Source: a virus | Taxonomy: Duplodnaviria; Caudoviricetes | Strand: one strand, 5' to 3' | Virus record (IMG/VR): IMGVR_UViG_3300011678_000001 | Span: 205,791-269,790 of that record | Length of the DNA stretch: 64,000 bases | Part shown: positions 26,908 through 35,426 of the stretch, piece after piece | How positions within the stretch are numbered: position 1 is the stretch's first letter | How the letters are laid out: the number at the start of each line of letters is the position of its first letter | Position numbers and translations under genes: made by a program | The notes under the pieces: model-generated | What the model was told of the DNA's origin: nothing | Databases searched by the model: none | The model's input: only the letters and a program-made list of their open reading frames with translations

Positions 26908-27588
26908 TCACCATTTGGTAAAACGGTTGTTAGTACGAGGTTTGTACGGAATGCGCCGATCACTGCCCAGCGTCACCGTATTGACTTCTGCGTAATCAAT
27001 CACACCAGGAGACGGGTAGACCATCAAGTGAGGGACATTGGATGCGTAACGACGACGCCCTGCCTCGAAATCGTCCCGCTGACTGGCTCGGATGTAAGCT
27101 GAGCGGGTCTTGCCTTGGTTGAGCTGGATCTGCTTCTTGAACTCAGACCATTCCCGACCCAACTCGCCCCACTTACGCTGAAGGGTATCAATCTCCTTCA
27201 GGTATTTCATCAGGAGCACCGGATCATCATCCACCCAATTGTGTTCTTCAGCAAACTTGTCCAAGAAAGCGGTCTTACGCTCACTCTCCACCACCCGATA
27301 CAACAGATCTCGCTGCAGACTGTCTACATCTACGATGTACTCATAGAGCTTATTGCCCTTGAACCAGACAGCGTGGTCTTGACCGTAAAGGTTCGGGAGG
27401 ATGTCAGCAGGGATGGGATCAAAGAAGAATGAGATGTGATCGACGTAAGGTCCTTCGAGTCCAAGTCTTCTCGCCGATTCTTCAGCCCGCTTGATCTCAG
27501 CCACATCGGCTTTGCCTGATTTACGCCGTGTCTGTAGATTAGGGTAGAAGTCTGGTGCGTAGTGGTAAAGTTTCAATGAAGGGTTCAT
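26908..27588 (-). CDS. conserved jumbo-phage hypothetical protein
   Basis: 226 aa; LYHY..L.TR, YVDHISFFFDPIP, YASNVPHLMVYP. Confidence 0.75.
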   Translation of the reverse strand: MNPSLKLYHYAPDFYPNLQTRRKSGKADVAEIKRAEESARRLGLEGPYVDHISFFFDPIPADILPNLYGQDHAVWFKGNKLYEYIVDVDSLQRDLLYRVVESERKTAFLDKFAEEHNWVDDDPVLLMKYLKEIDTLQRKWGELGREWSEFKKQIQLNQGKTRSAYIRASQRDDFEAGRRRYASNVPHLMVYPSPGVIDYAEVNTVTLGSDRRIPYKPRTNNRFTKW

Positions 27589-28008
27589 GGATAGACCTTA
27601 GGGATAAAGGATCGTGCTATAGGATTCCGGTCTAGCAGCATAAACACCAGCCTCGGGCTGGCCTAAATGTTTTTTAGTACGGAATTCTTGGTATGGTGTG
27701 ATATGTCAATTCACCCCTTAGTATAGTGAGGCTTCGCCTCACAGGGTATGCTCGTGTTGTGCGTCTCTCCTCCGGTCATTCTTCCCTCCAGACAGCCACC
27801 CAAACACGGCAGGTCTATCCCATCCTATCCTTTCTTCCCTCACTCCCCCAGATTAATTCCTCACTTCGTTCGTCATTAATCTTGCCCCCTCGCTCCCTTC
27901 TTTCCTTTCCTTCCCAGAGCGGCGACAAGACTGTGCATACTATACAGATCGAGGTTACAAAAAATAAACAAGGCTACCTACCCCGAAGGGCGGTAGCCAA
28001 TTATGCCG

Positions 28009-28437
28009 TTAGTTCACCAGGCCGGAACAGCGCCATTCGAACTGTCCCATGACCCGCTTAGCGTCCTCGCCGTAGTTACGCGACAGGGGTGCGTAGACGC
28101 TCATGTCCAGCTCTTCATCGAGCAGTTCGCCGTAGATGGTTCCCTTCTGAACAAAGATCCGGTACTTGAGACCTGCCTTGACCAACTGGTCGTAGATGTC
28201 ATTACGCACCACTTCCATCTGCTTGAAGAACTCTTCAGCGGTGAACGAGTGGAACAGCTCACGGTCATAGCCAAACAGCATCGCCGAGCAATGCCGGACG
28301 GCAGTGACGATGTGTTCACGCAAGCGGCTGTCCAGTTCTTCCGGGACTTGGTCCACGTACTGGTTACGCTCAAGGGTCAGATCACGCAGGGTGTTGATGC
28401 ACAGCGCGGTGGTGGGCTCATTGACGGATATGGACAC
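28009..28437 (-). CDS. hypothetical protein
   Basis: GTG start with AGGAG RBS; followed by terminator 27958-28008. Confidence 0.65.
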   Translation of the reverse strand: MSISVNEPTTALCINTLRDLTLERNQYVDQVPEELDSRLREHIVTAVRHCSAMLFGYDRELFHSFTAEEFFKQMEVVRNDIYDQLVKAGLKYRIFVQKGTIYGELLDEELDMSVYAPLSRNYGEDAKRVMGQFEWRCSGLVN

Positions 28438-28538
28438 GGTACTGCTCTCCTGAAACAAAAAAAGATCCTCATCCGACCGGCCTTAACGGCAAGGGGAAGC
28501 CATGGCCGGGTTAGGGGCATGGATGAGGATCAAAGCGG

Positions 28539-29162
28539 TTAGCTAGGTGTGTCACCCAGCTGGAAGGTGATGTAGAAGGTCGCCGCTTGCGGTGCTACCG
28601 ACTCAGGCTTGTTATCATCTTCTTTCAGCAGACCGAAGCCGACATTGTTGATGATGTCCAGAGCGCGCTTGTTGCGAATATCCTTCATAGAGATGACTTC
28701 ACTAAAGCCTTTACGAATCTTGCTCGCATTCAGCCCTAGGGTCAGCAGCTTAGTGCCCCGGTCGTAGTAGACCTCGACACCGAACTTCTCCATGACGTCA
28801 AACTTCTGGGTCAGCTCTTGCGTGTCGAACGCCTCGCGCAGTTCAGCGTAGATCAGCTCGTAGGCTGGATGGACCTTGGCTTTCTCACGCCATTCGGCCT
28901 GAGTGATGCAGCCAGTTGTTTCATCGAGCAGGCAGTTCAACCGGCTGGTCAAGGTGCCTTTGACTTCCCGGATTTCCGGCAGGCCCTGACCCACACGGGT
29001 CACACGCACGGCACTCAGGCCTTGCTTGATGAGATGGGATTCTTCCTCTTGGAAGATGACTTCATCCAGACGGCTGAGATCGATGTCCTGTGCCCACTGA
29101 TCACTGTGGTCGGCCAGGAACTGGTTGATCGGATGGACTGCAATTGAATTGGTAGTGTGCAT
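28539..29162 (-). CDS. hypothetical protein, probably early
   Basis: 207 aa with AGGAG RBS; promoter motif at 29212-29239. Confidence 0.75.
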   Translation of the reverse strand: MHTTNSIAVHPINQFLADHSDQWAQDIDLSRLDEVIFQEEESHLIKQGLSAVRVTRVGQGLPEIREVKGTLTSRLNCLLDETTGCITQAEWREKAKVHPAYELIYAELREAFDTQELTQKFDVMEKFGVEVYYDRGTKLLTLGLNASKIRKGFSEVISMKDIRNKRALDIINNVGFGLLKEDDNKPESVAPQAATFYITFQLGDTPS

Positions 29163-29211
29163 AGTGACTCTCCTAAGTAAAGTCTAGGTTACAGGTGGGT
29201 GTTATCAACTC

Positions 29212-29239
29212 TATCATGTATCGTTGAAATGTTTTTCAA
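29212..29239 (-). promoter_or_regulatory. putative early promoter TTGAA-N14-TACATGATA
   Basis: Variant of the recurring motif. Confidence 0.55.
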
Positions 29240-29309
29240 TCGACAAACGACTCACCAACCACGTATCGCTATGATACTTCCGTCACGACCGTCTTAACAG
29301 GATACCCCC

Positions 29310-30569
29310 ATGTCAGGCACAACCCCGACAGTGAAGTCTCTGTTCGATGAGGCTTGTAGCCACATCGTCATTGACCGTAACTTCATTCGCCGCCTGCAGA
29401 CCTATCGCCAGAACTTTGCCAACAAGAACGATGACCATGTAGCGTTCTTCGGCGGTCACCTGATGGGTGTGCAAGACGTACGCTTTACCAAGAGTGACCG
29501 GATCGAATGGTTCACCACCGTTTTGGACTTTGACGACGTCAGTCTGCAAAACGACCTGCTCCAGCTCAAGACACTGGTCCCTGATCCGAAGAAGGTGCGC
29601 TACGTTTCCACCGACGTAATGAACCTCTCCTGCTTGTGGTTGGTGCATGCCATCTACAACGCGAAGCTGACAGACACTGAGAAGCACTCGGCAATGATCG
29701 ATGCACTTCTGGTGCTGCAATATAAATTTATCACTTCCATTTTATCTTACTGGTTTCCAAGCCGGGCCGATGAAGCGGTAGCGGTAGCCACTTATGCTCG
29801 CCTGCCGAAGAAGTACAAGCTTAAGGAATTGGGTAGTTGGGGTGCCTTACTCCAATATCGGGCTGAAGCTTCGATCGACAAGCGGTCTCCCCATGCCTTG
29901 AACAAGACCTTCCAGAACTTTGATGACGATTACGACATCATCTACATGGTCAACGACATCCAAGGCCGGATCAAAGGCTACCTGAAGAACATCCGGGACG
30001 AGTTCGAGATTGTCCGTCGTGACCCAACCGCGCTGATCCGCACCAACTCCAACACCACGGTCAACATGGACGGCGAAATTGTCGTCAAGACCAAGAAGAA
30101 CCAGTACACCGTGTACCGGCGCTACTTGGATGACGTGATGACGGACCGCAACAGTTTCATCGTCAAGGAGCTGACCGAGATCGTCGCAGGCTGCATGCCC
30201 AAGCTGCCCTACCACAACATGGTCGAGTGCTTGGAGTACATGGCCAAGCATTCATCCAAGCTCAAGGGCGATCCAAACGTGATCAAACTGGCTGACCTGA
30301 CGCTTGAGCATCTGTTCGACTTCATTGCGAGCAACCGCAACAGCATCAACGTCAAAGACTTGCCCACCCTCTTGACCAAGCTGCGTAACCTCTACACCGC
30401 GTCTCGTGCTAACAACGACCTTCTGTTGCAAATGCGCGATACCGGCTTTGAAGTGGTCCGCAAAGCAGTCAAAACCAAAAACGCTGCACTGGTTGCCTCG
30501 ATCCGCACCGGTGCCATCCTTTACTTGGTGCTGCGTACAGTCACCATGAACCATTACAGGAAAGACTAA
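29310..30569 (+). CDS. conserved Chimalliviridae protein, probably virion structural
   Basis: 419 aa helical protein containing NKNDDHVAFFGGHLMGV; TATG upstream. Recognised as a phiKZ-like core family from memory. Confidence 0.7.
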   Translation: MSGTTPTVKSLFDEACSHIVIDRNFIRRLQTYRQNFANKNDDHVAFFGGHLMGVQDVRFTKSDRIEWFTTVLDFDDVSLQNDLLQLKTLVPDPKKVRYVSTDVMNLSCLWLVHAIYNAKLTDTEKHSAMIDALLVLQYKFITSILSYWFPSRADEAVAVATYARLPKKYKLKELGSWGALLQYRAEASIDKRSPHALNKTFQNFDDDYDIIYMVNDIQGRIKGYLKNIRDEFEIVRRDPTALIRTNSNTTVNMDGEIVVKTKKNQYTVYRRYLDDVMTDRNSFIVKELTEIVAGCMPKLPYHNMVECLEYMAKHSSKLKGDPNVIKLADLTLEHLFDFIASNRNSINVKDLPTLLTKLRNLYTASRANNDLLLQMRDTGFEVVRKAVKTKNAALVASIRTGAILYLVLRTVTMNHYRKD

Positions 30570-31381
30570 TGTCCCGCCCTCGCACTCGCGTCATTGATGA
30601 AGACGATAAAGACATCTCAGGCTTGAACGACATCTACACCCCGTACCGCCTGACTCGCGGAGCATGGAATGAAGACGAAGGCCGAGGTTGGTACACCCCT
30701 CGGGCGCTGATGAACCATGAGTACCGTCGGATGATCCCGCCTTATCAGGCCCGTGAACACGGCTGGCTGACCATCGCGGGCAAACCCCTGGGTGCAGGGT
30801 TGTTCGATTTCCTGGACATGGAATTGGTGGCGTACAAGACCCTCAAGGCGACGGCGTTCGAGTGCGGCCACCGTCAGTTGGATTGGGCATTGGGTTTTGC
30901 AGACCTGTCCCCGGCAGAGCAAGCTGATGCATTGGACACCCGTCCTGTAAGCGCTGCAGAGCTCCTCAGAGACACGCAGATGAAACTCCTAGGGTTGGTG
31001 CAGGATATGTCCTTCGTCGAGCCTAAGAGCCGTCATGGGACCTTCTACCCGGTGATTAAGTTCCCCGTCAATCCTGATCCGCTGGTTGAAACCAAGCCGT
31101 TCCTCGTTGACGCGGATAAAGCCATGGAGTTGATCAAGCGAGCCAACGCCTTCGATGCCTTGGCAGATGCCGTTGAGCGTGAGTTCGATGGCATTGAAGT
31201 GAAGATGAAGAAGCTGGCACTCCTGCACAAAGTGGCCTTAAGGCCGTACTTGCACAAGACCAAGTACCTGCACCCTGAACTGCTCAATGATGCCAACATC
31301 CAGTTGGCCGGTGGCGTGTTCTACAGGGCACGGGCACTGGCGGACTTCCTGCGCAAGATGGTCTACATCAACGTCATGTAA
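30569..31381 (+). CDS. hypothetical protein
   Basis: 270 aa; TAATG coupling to the upstream gene. Confidence 0.75.
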   Translation: MSRPRTRVIDEDDKDISGLNDIYTPYRLTRGAWNEDEGRGWYTPRALMNHEYRRMIPPYQAREHGWLTIAGKPLGAGLFDFLDMELVAYKTLKATAFECGHRQLDWALGFADLSPAEQADALDTRPVSAAELLRDTQMKLLGLVQDMSFVEPKSRHGTFYPVIKFPVNPDPLVETKPFLVDADKAMELIKRANAFDALADAVEREFDGIEVKMKKLALLHKVALRPYLHKTKYLHPELLNDANIQLAGGVFYRARALADFLRKMVYINVM

Positions 31382-31384
31382 GAC

Positions 31385-31421
31385 AACATAGAGGGAGGGC
31401 CGAAGCCCTCCCCTTATGCCG
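31385..31421. terminator. bidirectional hairpin between convergent genes
   Basis: ACATA-GA-GGGAGGGC-CGAA-GCCCTCCC-CT-TATGCCG. Confidence 0.7.
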
Positions 31422-31423
31422 TT

Positions 31424-33646
31424 TCACCGAATCATGAAGTTACTGCTGTTACTGCGGAAGGTGGTACGACGACGCTCGGCCATACCCAGGTTCAGCGGAC
31501 GATCCAACTCCAGTTCACGGCCAGGCCCTGCGTTGCGACTGATGATAGCTCGCTTCTCACGGTTGGTTTCCTTGATCTGGTCAATCGAGCCAATCGGCTC
31601 CATGTCAAACTCGTCACTGGCCTGTGCCATCAGCACATCAAGCTTATGTTGAATCTTGATGCGTTCGTACGTGTTCTTCTCCGTGTTCAGGCGTTCCATC
31701 AGTTCCCCGACTTGATCCCGAATGCGTTGCTGCTGGTCGTACTTGCGCTGTTCATCCCACGAGAGCTTGTGTTCGGCTTCATAGACCCGCCGCTTCACTT
31801 CACTCAAGGTAATGCCGTAGTGCTCCAAGTTCTTACCGTAGGTGAGGAACCAGTGACACAACAGCCAACTGATGACATGGTCATCGTGTCCGGAGGCATC
31901 ATGGTCGATCCGATTGTTCCGCTCTACCAAGCGAGACAATTCACCTTGAAGCTTAGCGTCACGCACCAGACTGCCTGACTTCTTCGCCGCTTCTTGCAAC
32001 ACAGGCCCGTAGAGGATCTCCCGCAGTGAGGCGTTGGTGGGGAAGCCGAAGAACTTACGGTACGACCGATAATGGTCCCGGTCACCGACGTATTCCTGGA
32101 AGCGTTTACGGTCATGGGCCGATTCATCTTTGGTGTCGACCAGGGTCGAGTAGATGCGTCTGGCCGGGTCGATCTTGTAGGTCGGCAAGGTCAGGAGCAT
32201 TGTATCCAGAATCCCGATCCAGGTGGATTTCGATTCCGGCACCAAGGTGAGTTTCGGGAACCTGACAATCATCTTGATCAGCCACATGGCAAAGGCCGTG
32301 AGGTTGGTGTCGTTAATGGTCCAGGCCCCGACGACTTCCAAAGTACTGGTGTCCACAATCACACCGGTGATGTTGTCTCGTCCCACCGCGTTCGAGGTAT
32401 CCATCCCCATGATCACTTCACGGCCCGGCAAGCCTGCCTTGACTTCAGCTTCAGGTACGTACCAGCGCACCGAATAATGGTCGACCTTATCGATCTCCAA
32501 ATACGTCGGTTTGGTGACACTGGCATGAATCTTACGCAACGTGTCTTTGGTCAATGGGTTTCGGGCGTTACCCGAGGTCCATTCGTTCATGTAGTCTCGA
32601 CGGACCCCATCACCCGTTTGACGGGATTCGGCGATCTTGGTTCTGAGCCATTCGTCGGTCTTACCCAACTGCTTGTGGTTGAACGTACCGTTGATCAGGA
32701 TTGCTTCTTTGTTGCGACACTGCTTACGCACGACTTCGTAGAGTTCTTTGTTGTCGGTGCAATCATAGAAGTGATCGTTCCACTCTGCCCCGCCGGTCAT
32801 CATGTCGTACGCGTACGCGCCTTCAGGGGTGTCCAGTTCGCCTGCGGTTGTGGTGAAGATGTTACCGTAGGGTAGACCGTTGCGTGCCGCTTCTTCACGC
32901 GCCGCACCACCACCTGCGAGCATAACACCGAGGGAGATGTGTACGTTCTTCAAGAAGGCGATTTCGTCCGTATGCGAGTGTGAGGTGGTCAGACCACGAC
33001 CCAGGTTACGGGCAGCTTCTTCGTCTTTCTGCGGGATGTACACCACCATCCGGTTACCTTGGGAGTAGTTGGTGAACTCCTTCTGGTTGTCGGTGTCTTT
33101 CTTGGTGACGTTCACGAGGTACTTAGGTAACAAGCCCCGCAGTTTCTTCAGACGGGCGATGTGTTCTTTAAACAAGTCGCCTTTGGTGAACAGGTTGGAA
33201 CGCGAGTTACGTGCACCGAAGACCTGATACCACACGGAGATACCGTCGGAGTTCAGGGACTTACCGGTCTGACGAATCTGGACCAGGAAGTAGTCGATGT
33301 GATTCAGGAAGCTCCACCAGAGTGAGATGTTACCCCGGTTAGCCTGTAGCTGCATGGGTGTATCACCGGCAGCCGGAGGCACACGCATGACTTCACGAAT
33401 AAAGTACCACGGGTTAAACGTGCACTCAATCTTGATCTTGAGCTTCATTTCGTCCGACAGCATAGGGTCGAACGGATCGACACCTTGCAGGTCTGGCTGC
33501 ATCAGTGCCAACGGGAACAGGTGGTTCTGAATTCCCATGTGTTTAAGCAGGGCTGAGAATTCCAGGAACGAGGTGTTGTTTGTCTTGGTGTCCCAGATCG
33601 CAGTGGGGTAATTATCCCAATCCTGCATGAATAGGATCGTTTGCAT
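31424..33646 (-). CDS. terL: terminase large subunit (phiKZ gp25-like)
   Basis: Walker A IRQTGKS, Walker B HTDEIAF, motif III FTTTAG, nuclease IMGMDTS...HDDHVISW. Start ATG 33646 with GGAGG RBS; uninterrupted. Confidence 0.92.
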   Translation of the reverse strand: MQTILFMQDWDNYPTAIWDTKTNNTSFLEFSALLKHMGIQNHLFPLALMQPDLQGVDPFDPMLSDEMKLKIKIECTFNPWYFIREVMRVPPAAGDTPMQLQANRGNISLWWSFLNHIDYFLVQIRQTGKSLNSDGISVWYQVFGARNSRSNLFTKGDLFKEHIARLKKLRGLLPKYLVNVTKKDTDNQKEFTNYSQGNRMVVYIPQKDEEAARNLGRGLTTSHSHTDEIAFLKNVHISLGVMLAGGGAAREEAARNGLPYGNIFTTTAGELDTPEGAYAYDMMTGGAEWNDHFYDCTDNKELYEVVRKQCRNKEAILINGTFNHKQLGKTDEWLRTKIAESRQTGDGVRRDYMNEWTSGNARNPLTKDTLRKIHASVTKPTYLEIDKVDHYSVRWYVPEAEVKAGLPGREVIMGMDTSNAVGRDNITGVIVDTSTLEVVGAWTINDTNLTAFAMWLIKMIVRFPKLTLVPESKSTWIGILDTMLLTLPTYKIDPARRIYSTLVDTKDESAHDRKRFQEYVGDRDHYRSYRKFFGFPTNASLREILYGPVLQEAAKKSGSLVRDAKLQGELSRLVERNNRIDHDASGHDDHVISWLLCHWFLTYGKNLEHYGITLSEVKRRVYEAEHKLSWDEQRKYDQQQRIRDQVGELMERLNTEKNTYERIKIQHKLDVLMAQASDEFDMEPIGSIDQIKETNREKRAIISRNAGPGRELELDRPLNLGMAERRRTTFRSNSSNFMIR

Positions 33647-33706
33647 GATGCCTCCAAATACCCAGGCCCGCCGAGGATTGCTCCTCGACAGACCCAAGTA
33701 CGTTTA

Positions 33707-35383
33707 TCAGTTACTCTGCTCGACAGCCAGACCCGTCACACCCAGTTGAAGCTGAGCGTTCGCGGTTTCGCGAATCCACCTTAGGTAGATGGTCTCGCCA
33801 ATATTCACGTCGTTGAGGATCGGGAACTCTTGCTTCCATTGGGAAATGGCAAACATGTATTCACGGGTCTTCGTGTGAATGATGAAGTGCGTCGGCTCAG
33901 GAGCCTGGACTTCACTGGTGTCATCGAACAGATGGTTGAGGGGATAGTACAGCTTGTTCAGCCAATCGCCCACGTCTACAGCACCGACCTGCAAGTTCAG
34001 GTACGACAGGTTGGTGTTGACGAGGCGGTTCTTAGCTGCAACACCTGCACCGAAGAACTTGGCTTGGGCTGGGTCAACTTTGACCTGCCACTTGTCGCCT
34101 GACTCGGTACCGGCTTTGTTGAGCGAAATCTCGCTGGCTTGGGTGAAGCGGTGTGCACTGAAGACCGGATCGACGTTGCTGAGCAATAGACCGAACTTCA
34201 AACGCTGACGGGACACGAAGTCCGAACCGTCAAAGGCCACTTCATTGTCTGGGATCTCCACCACACTGCGCGGTACACGGTAGTACACATCGCGGTCGAT
34301 ATTGAACAGCCAGAAATCCAGATCATAGCGACCCGCTGGAGTGTTCCAGGTCGGGAAGGCGTACAGACGCACACTATAAGCGTTGTCAGCCGCCACAGCC
34401 TTGATCGTGAAGGCTTCGGTGATGTAGCCGTTTTCGGTGATCCCGTGCTCCAACGAATACTCGTCTTCACTCAACCGGTAGGACAGGGTGAGCTTGTGCG
34501 GATGTGATTGGATCGTTGGGGAATACCAACGCAGGCCGTGCAACGCCATCTTGCCTGTACCGTCAAGGACGATCGGCACTTCCATTTCTTCACCGGTGTT
34601 ATACCGCACCACACCGACCATGGACACCGTTCGAACATCGATGTTGATCGGTACAATCAACTGACTTGGATCGGCATCGGACACGTACGGGCTCTTGATG
34701 CGGATCGAGCGGATCTGCTTGCGACCCGCCGCTGTCCGGCGCACCAAGGTGGTGTTTTGGATCAGCATAGACGAATGACTGAGCTTGTGACCAGCAGCGC
34801 TGTACAGCACCACGGTGACCACTTCCCCGTCGTTGAGCTTGCGGTTGGTGTTACCCGCTTTCGGTGCCCAGATGGCGAAGTTGTTGATGTTGTCAGTGCC
34901 GACGTGTTCGAGCGGGATATTCTCACCGATGAACTCACCGGACGGACTGTAGTACGCACTGAGCACGATACCGTTGTCAGTCAGGTCAGTACCCAAGAAC
35001 ACCTTGTAATGATCGGCATCCGACCGGTACAGGTGCAGACGGCCATCGATTTCCATCGAGTACGGCATCTGGCGGGTGTCAATGTTGACGCGCCAGGTTT
35101 CGCTCTGCATGCCGGTGCTAACACCTAGCAGCTGATCGATCACGACATTGTTCTGCGTCACCGCAGGCAAGGTCCATGGGATGTACTGGCACAGGCCAGT
35201 GGTGATGTCGATGGTGGTAACCAGGTACCAGCCCGAAGTCAGATCCAGAATCAGATCATTGACGTTGGGGCAGTGCAGACCCGTACCGGCTTTACCGGTA
35301 AAGATTTCTGTCATGTTCCAGATTTTCCACCCGCGGTCCAGATTAACAATACCAATCTGGGGAGTATCAGAAACTGTACTCAT
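33707..35383 (-). CDS. virion structural protein (phiKZ gp26-like)
   Basis: 558 aa beta-rich; synteny terminase-gp26-gp27-gp28-sheath. Confidence 0.7.
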   Translation of the reverse strand: MSTVSDTPQIGIVNLDRGWKIWNMTEIFTGKAGTGLHCPNVNDLILDLTSGWYLVTTIDITTGLCQYIPWTLPAVTQNNVVIDQLLGVSTGMQSETWRVNIDTRQMPYSMEIDGRLHLYRSDADHYKVFLGTDLTDNGIVLSAYYSPSGEFIGENIPLEHVGTDNINNFAIWAPKAGNTNRKLNDGEVVTVVLYSAAGHKLSHSSMLIQNTTLVRRTAAGRKQIRSIRIKSPYVSDADPSQLIVPINIDVRTVSMVGVVRYNTGEEMEVPIVLDGTGKMALHGLRWYSPTIQSHPHKLTLSYRLSEDEYSLEHGITENGYITEAFTIKAVAADNAYSVRLYAFPTWNTPAGRYDLDFWLFNIDRDVYYRVPRSVVEIPDNEVAFDGSDFVSRQRLKFGLLLSNVDPVFSAHRFTQASEISLNKAGTESGDKWQVKVDPAQAKFFGAGVAAKNRLVNTNLSYLNLQVGAVDVGDWLNKLYYPLNHLFDDTSEVQAPEPTHFIIHTKTREYMFAISQWKQEFPILNDVNIGETIYLRWIRETANAQLQLGVTGLAVEQSN

Positions 35384-35426
35384 CTATTCAATCACGGGGG
35401 CTGTTACCCCCGTGCTCCTAAGACAA

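Noticed and set aside
27726-28052. 108-aa + strand ORF
   Set aside because: Low-complexity S/L/P product of a pyrimidine tract, no RBS, and it crosses a terminator.
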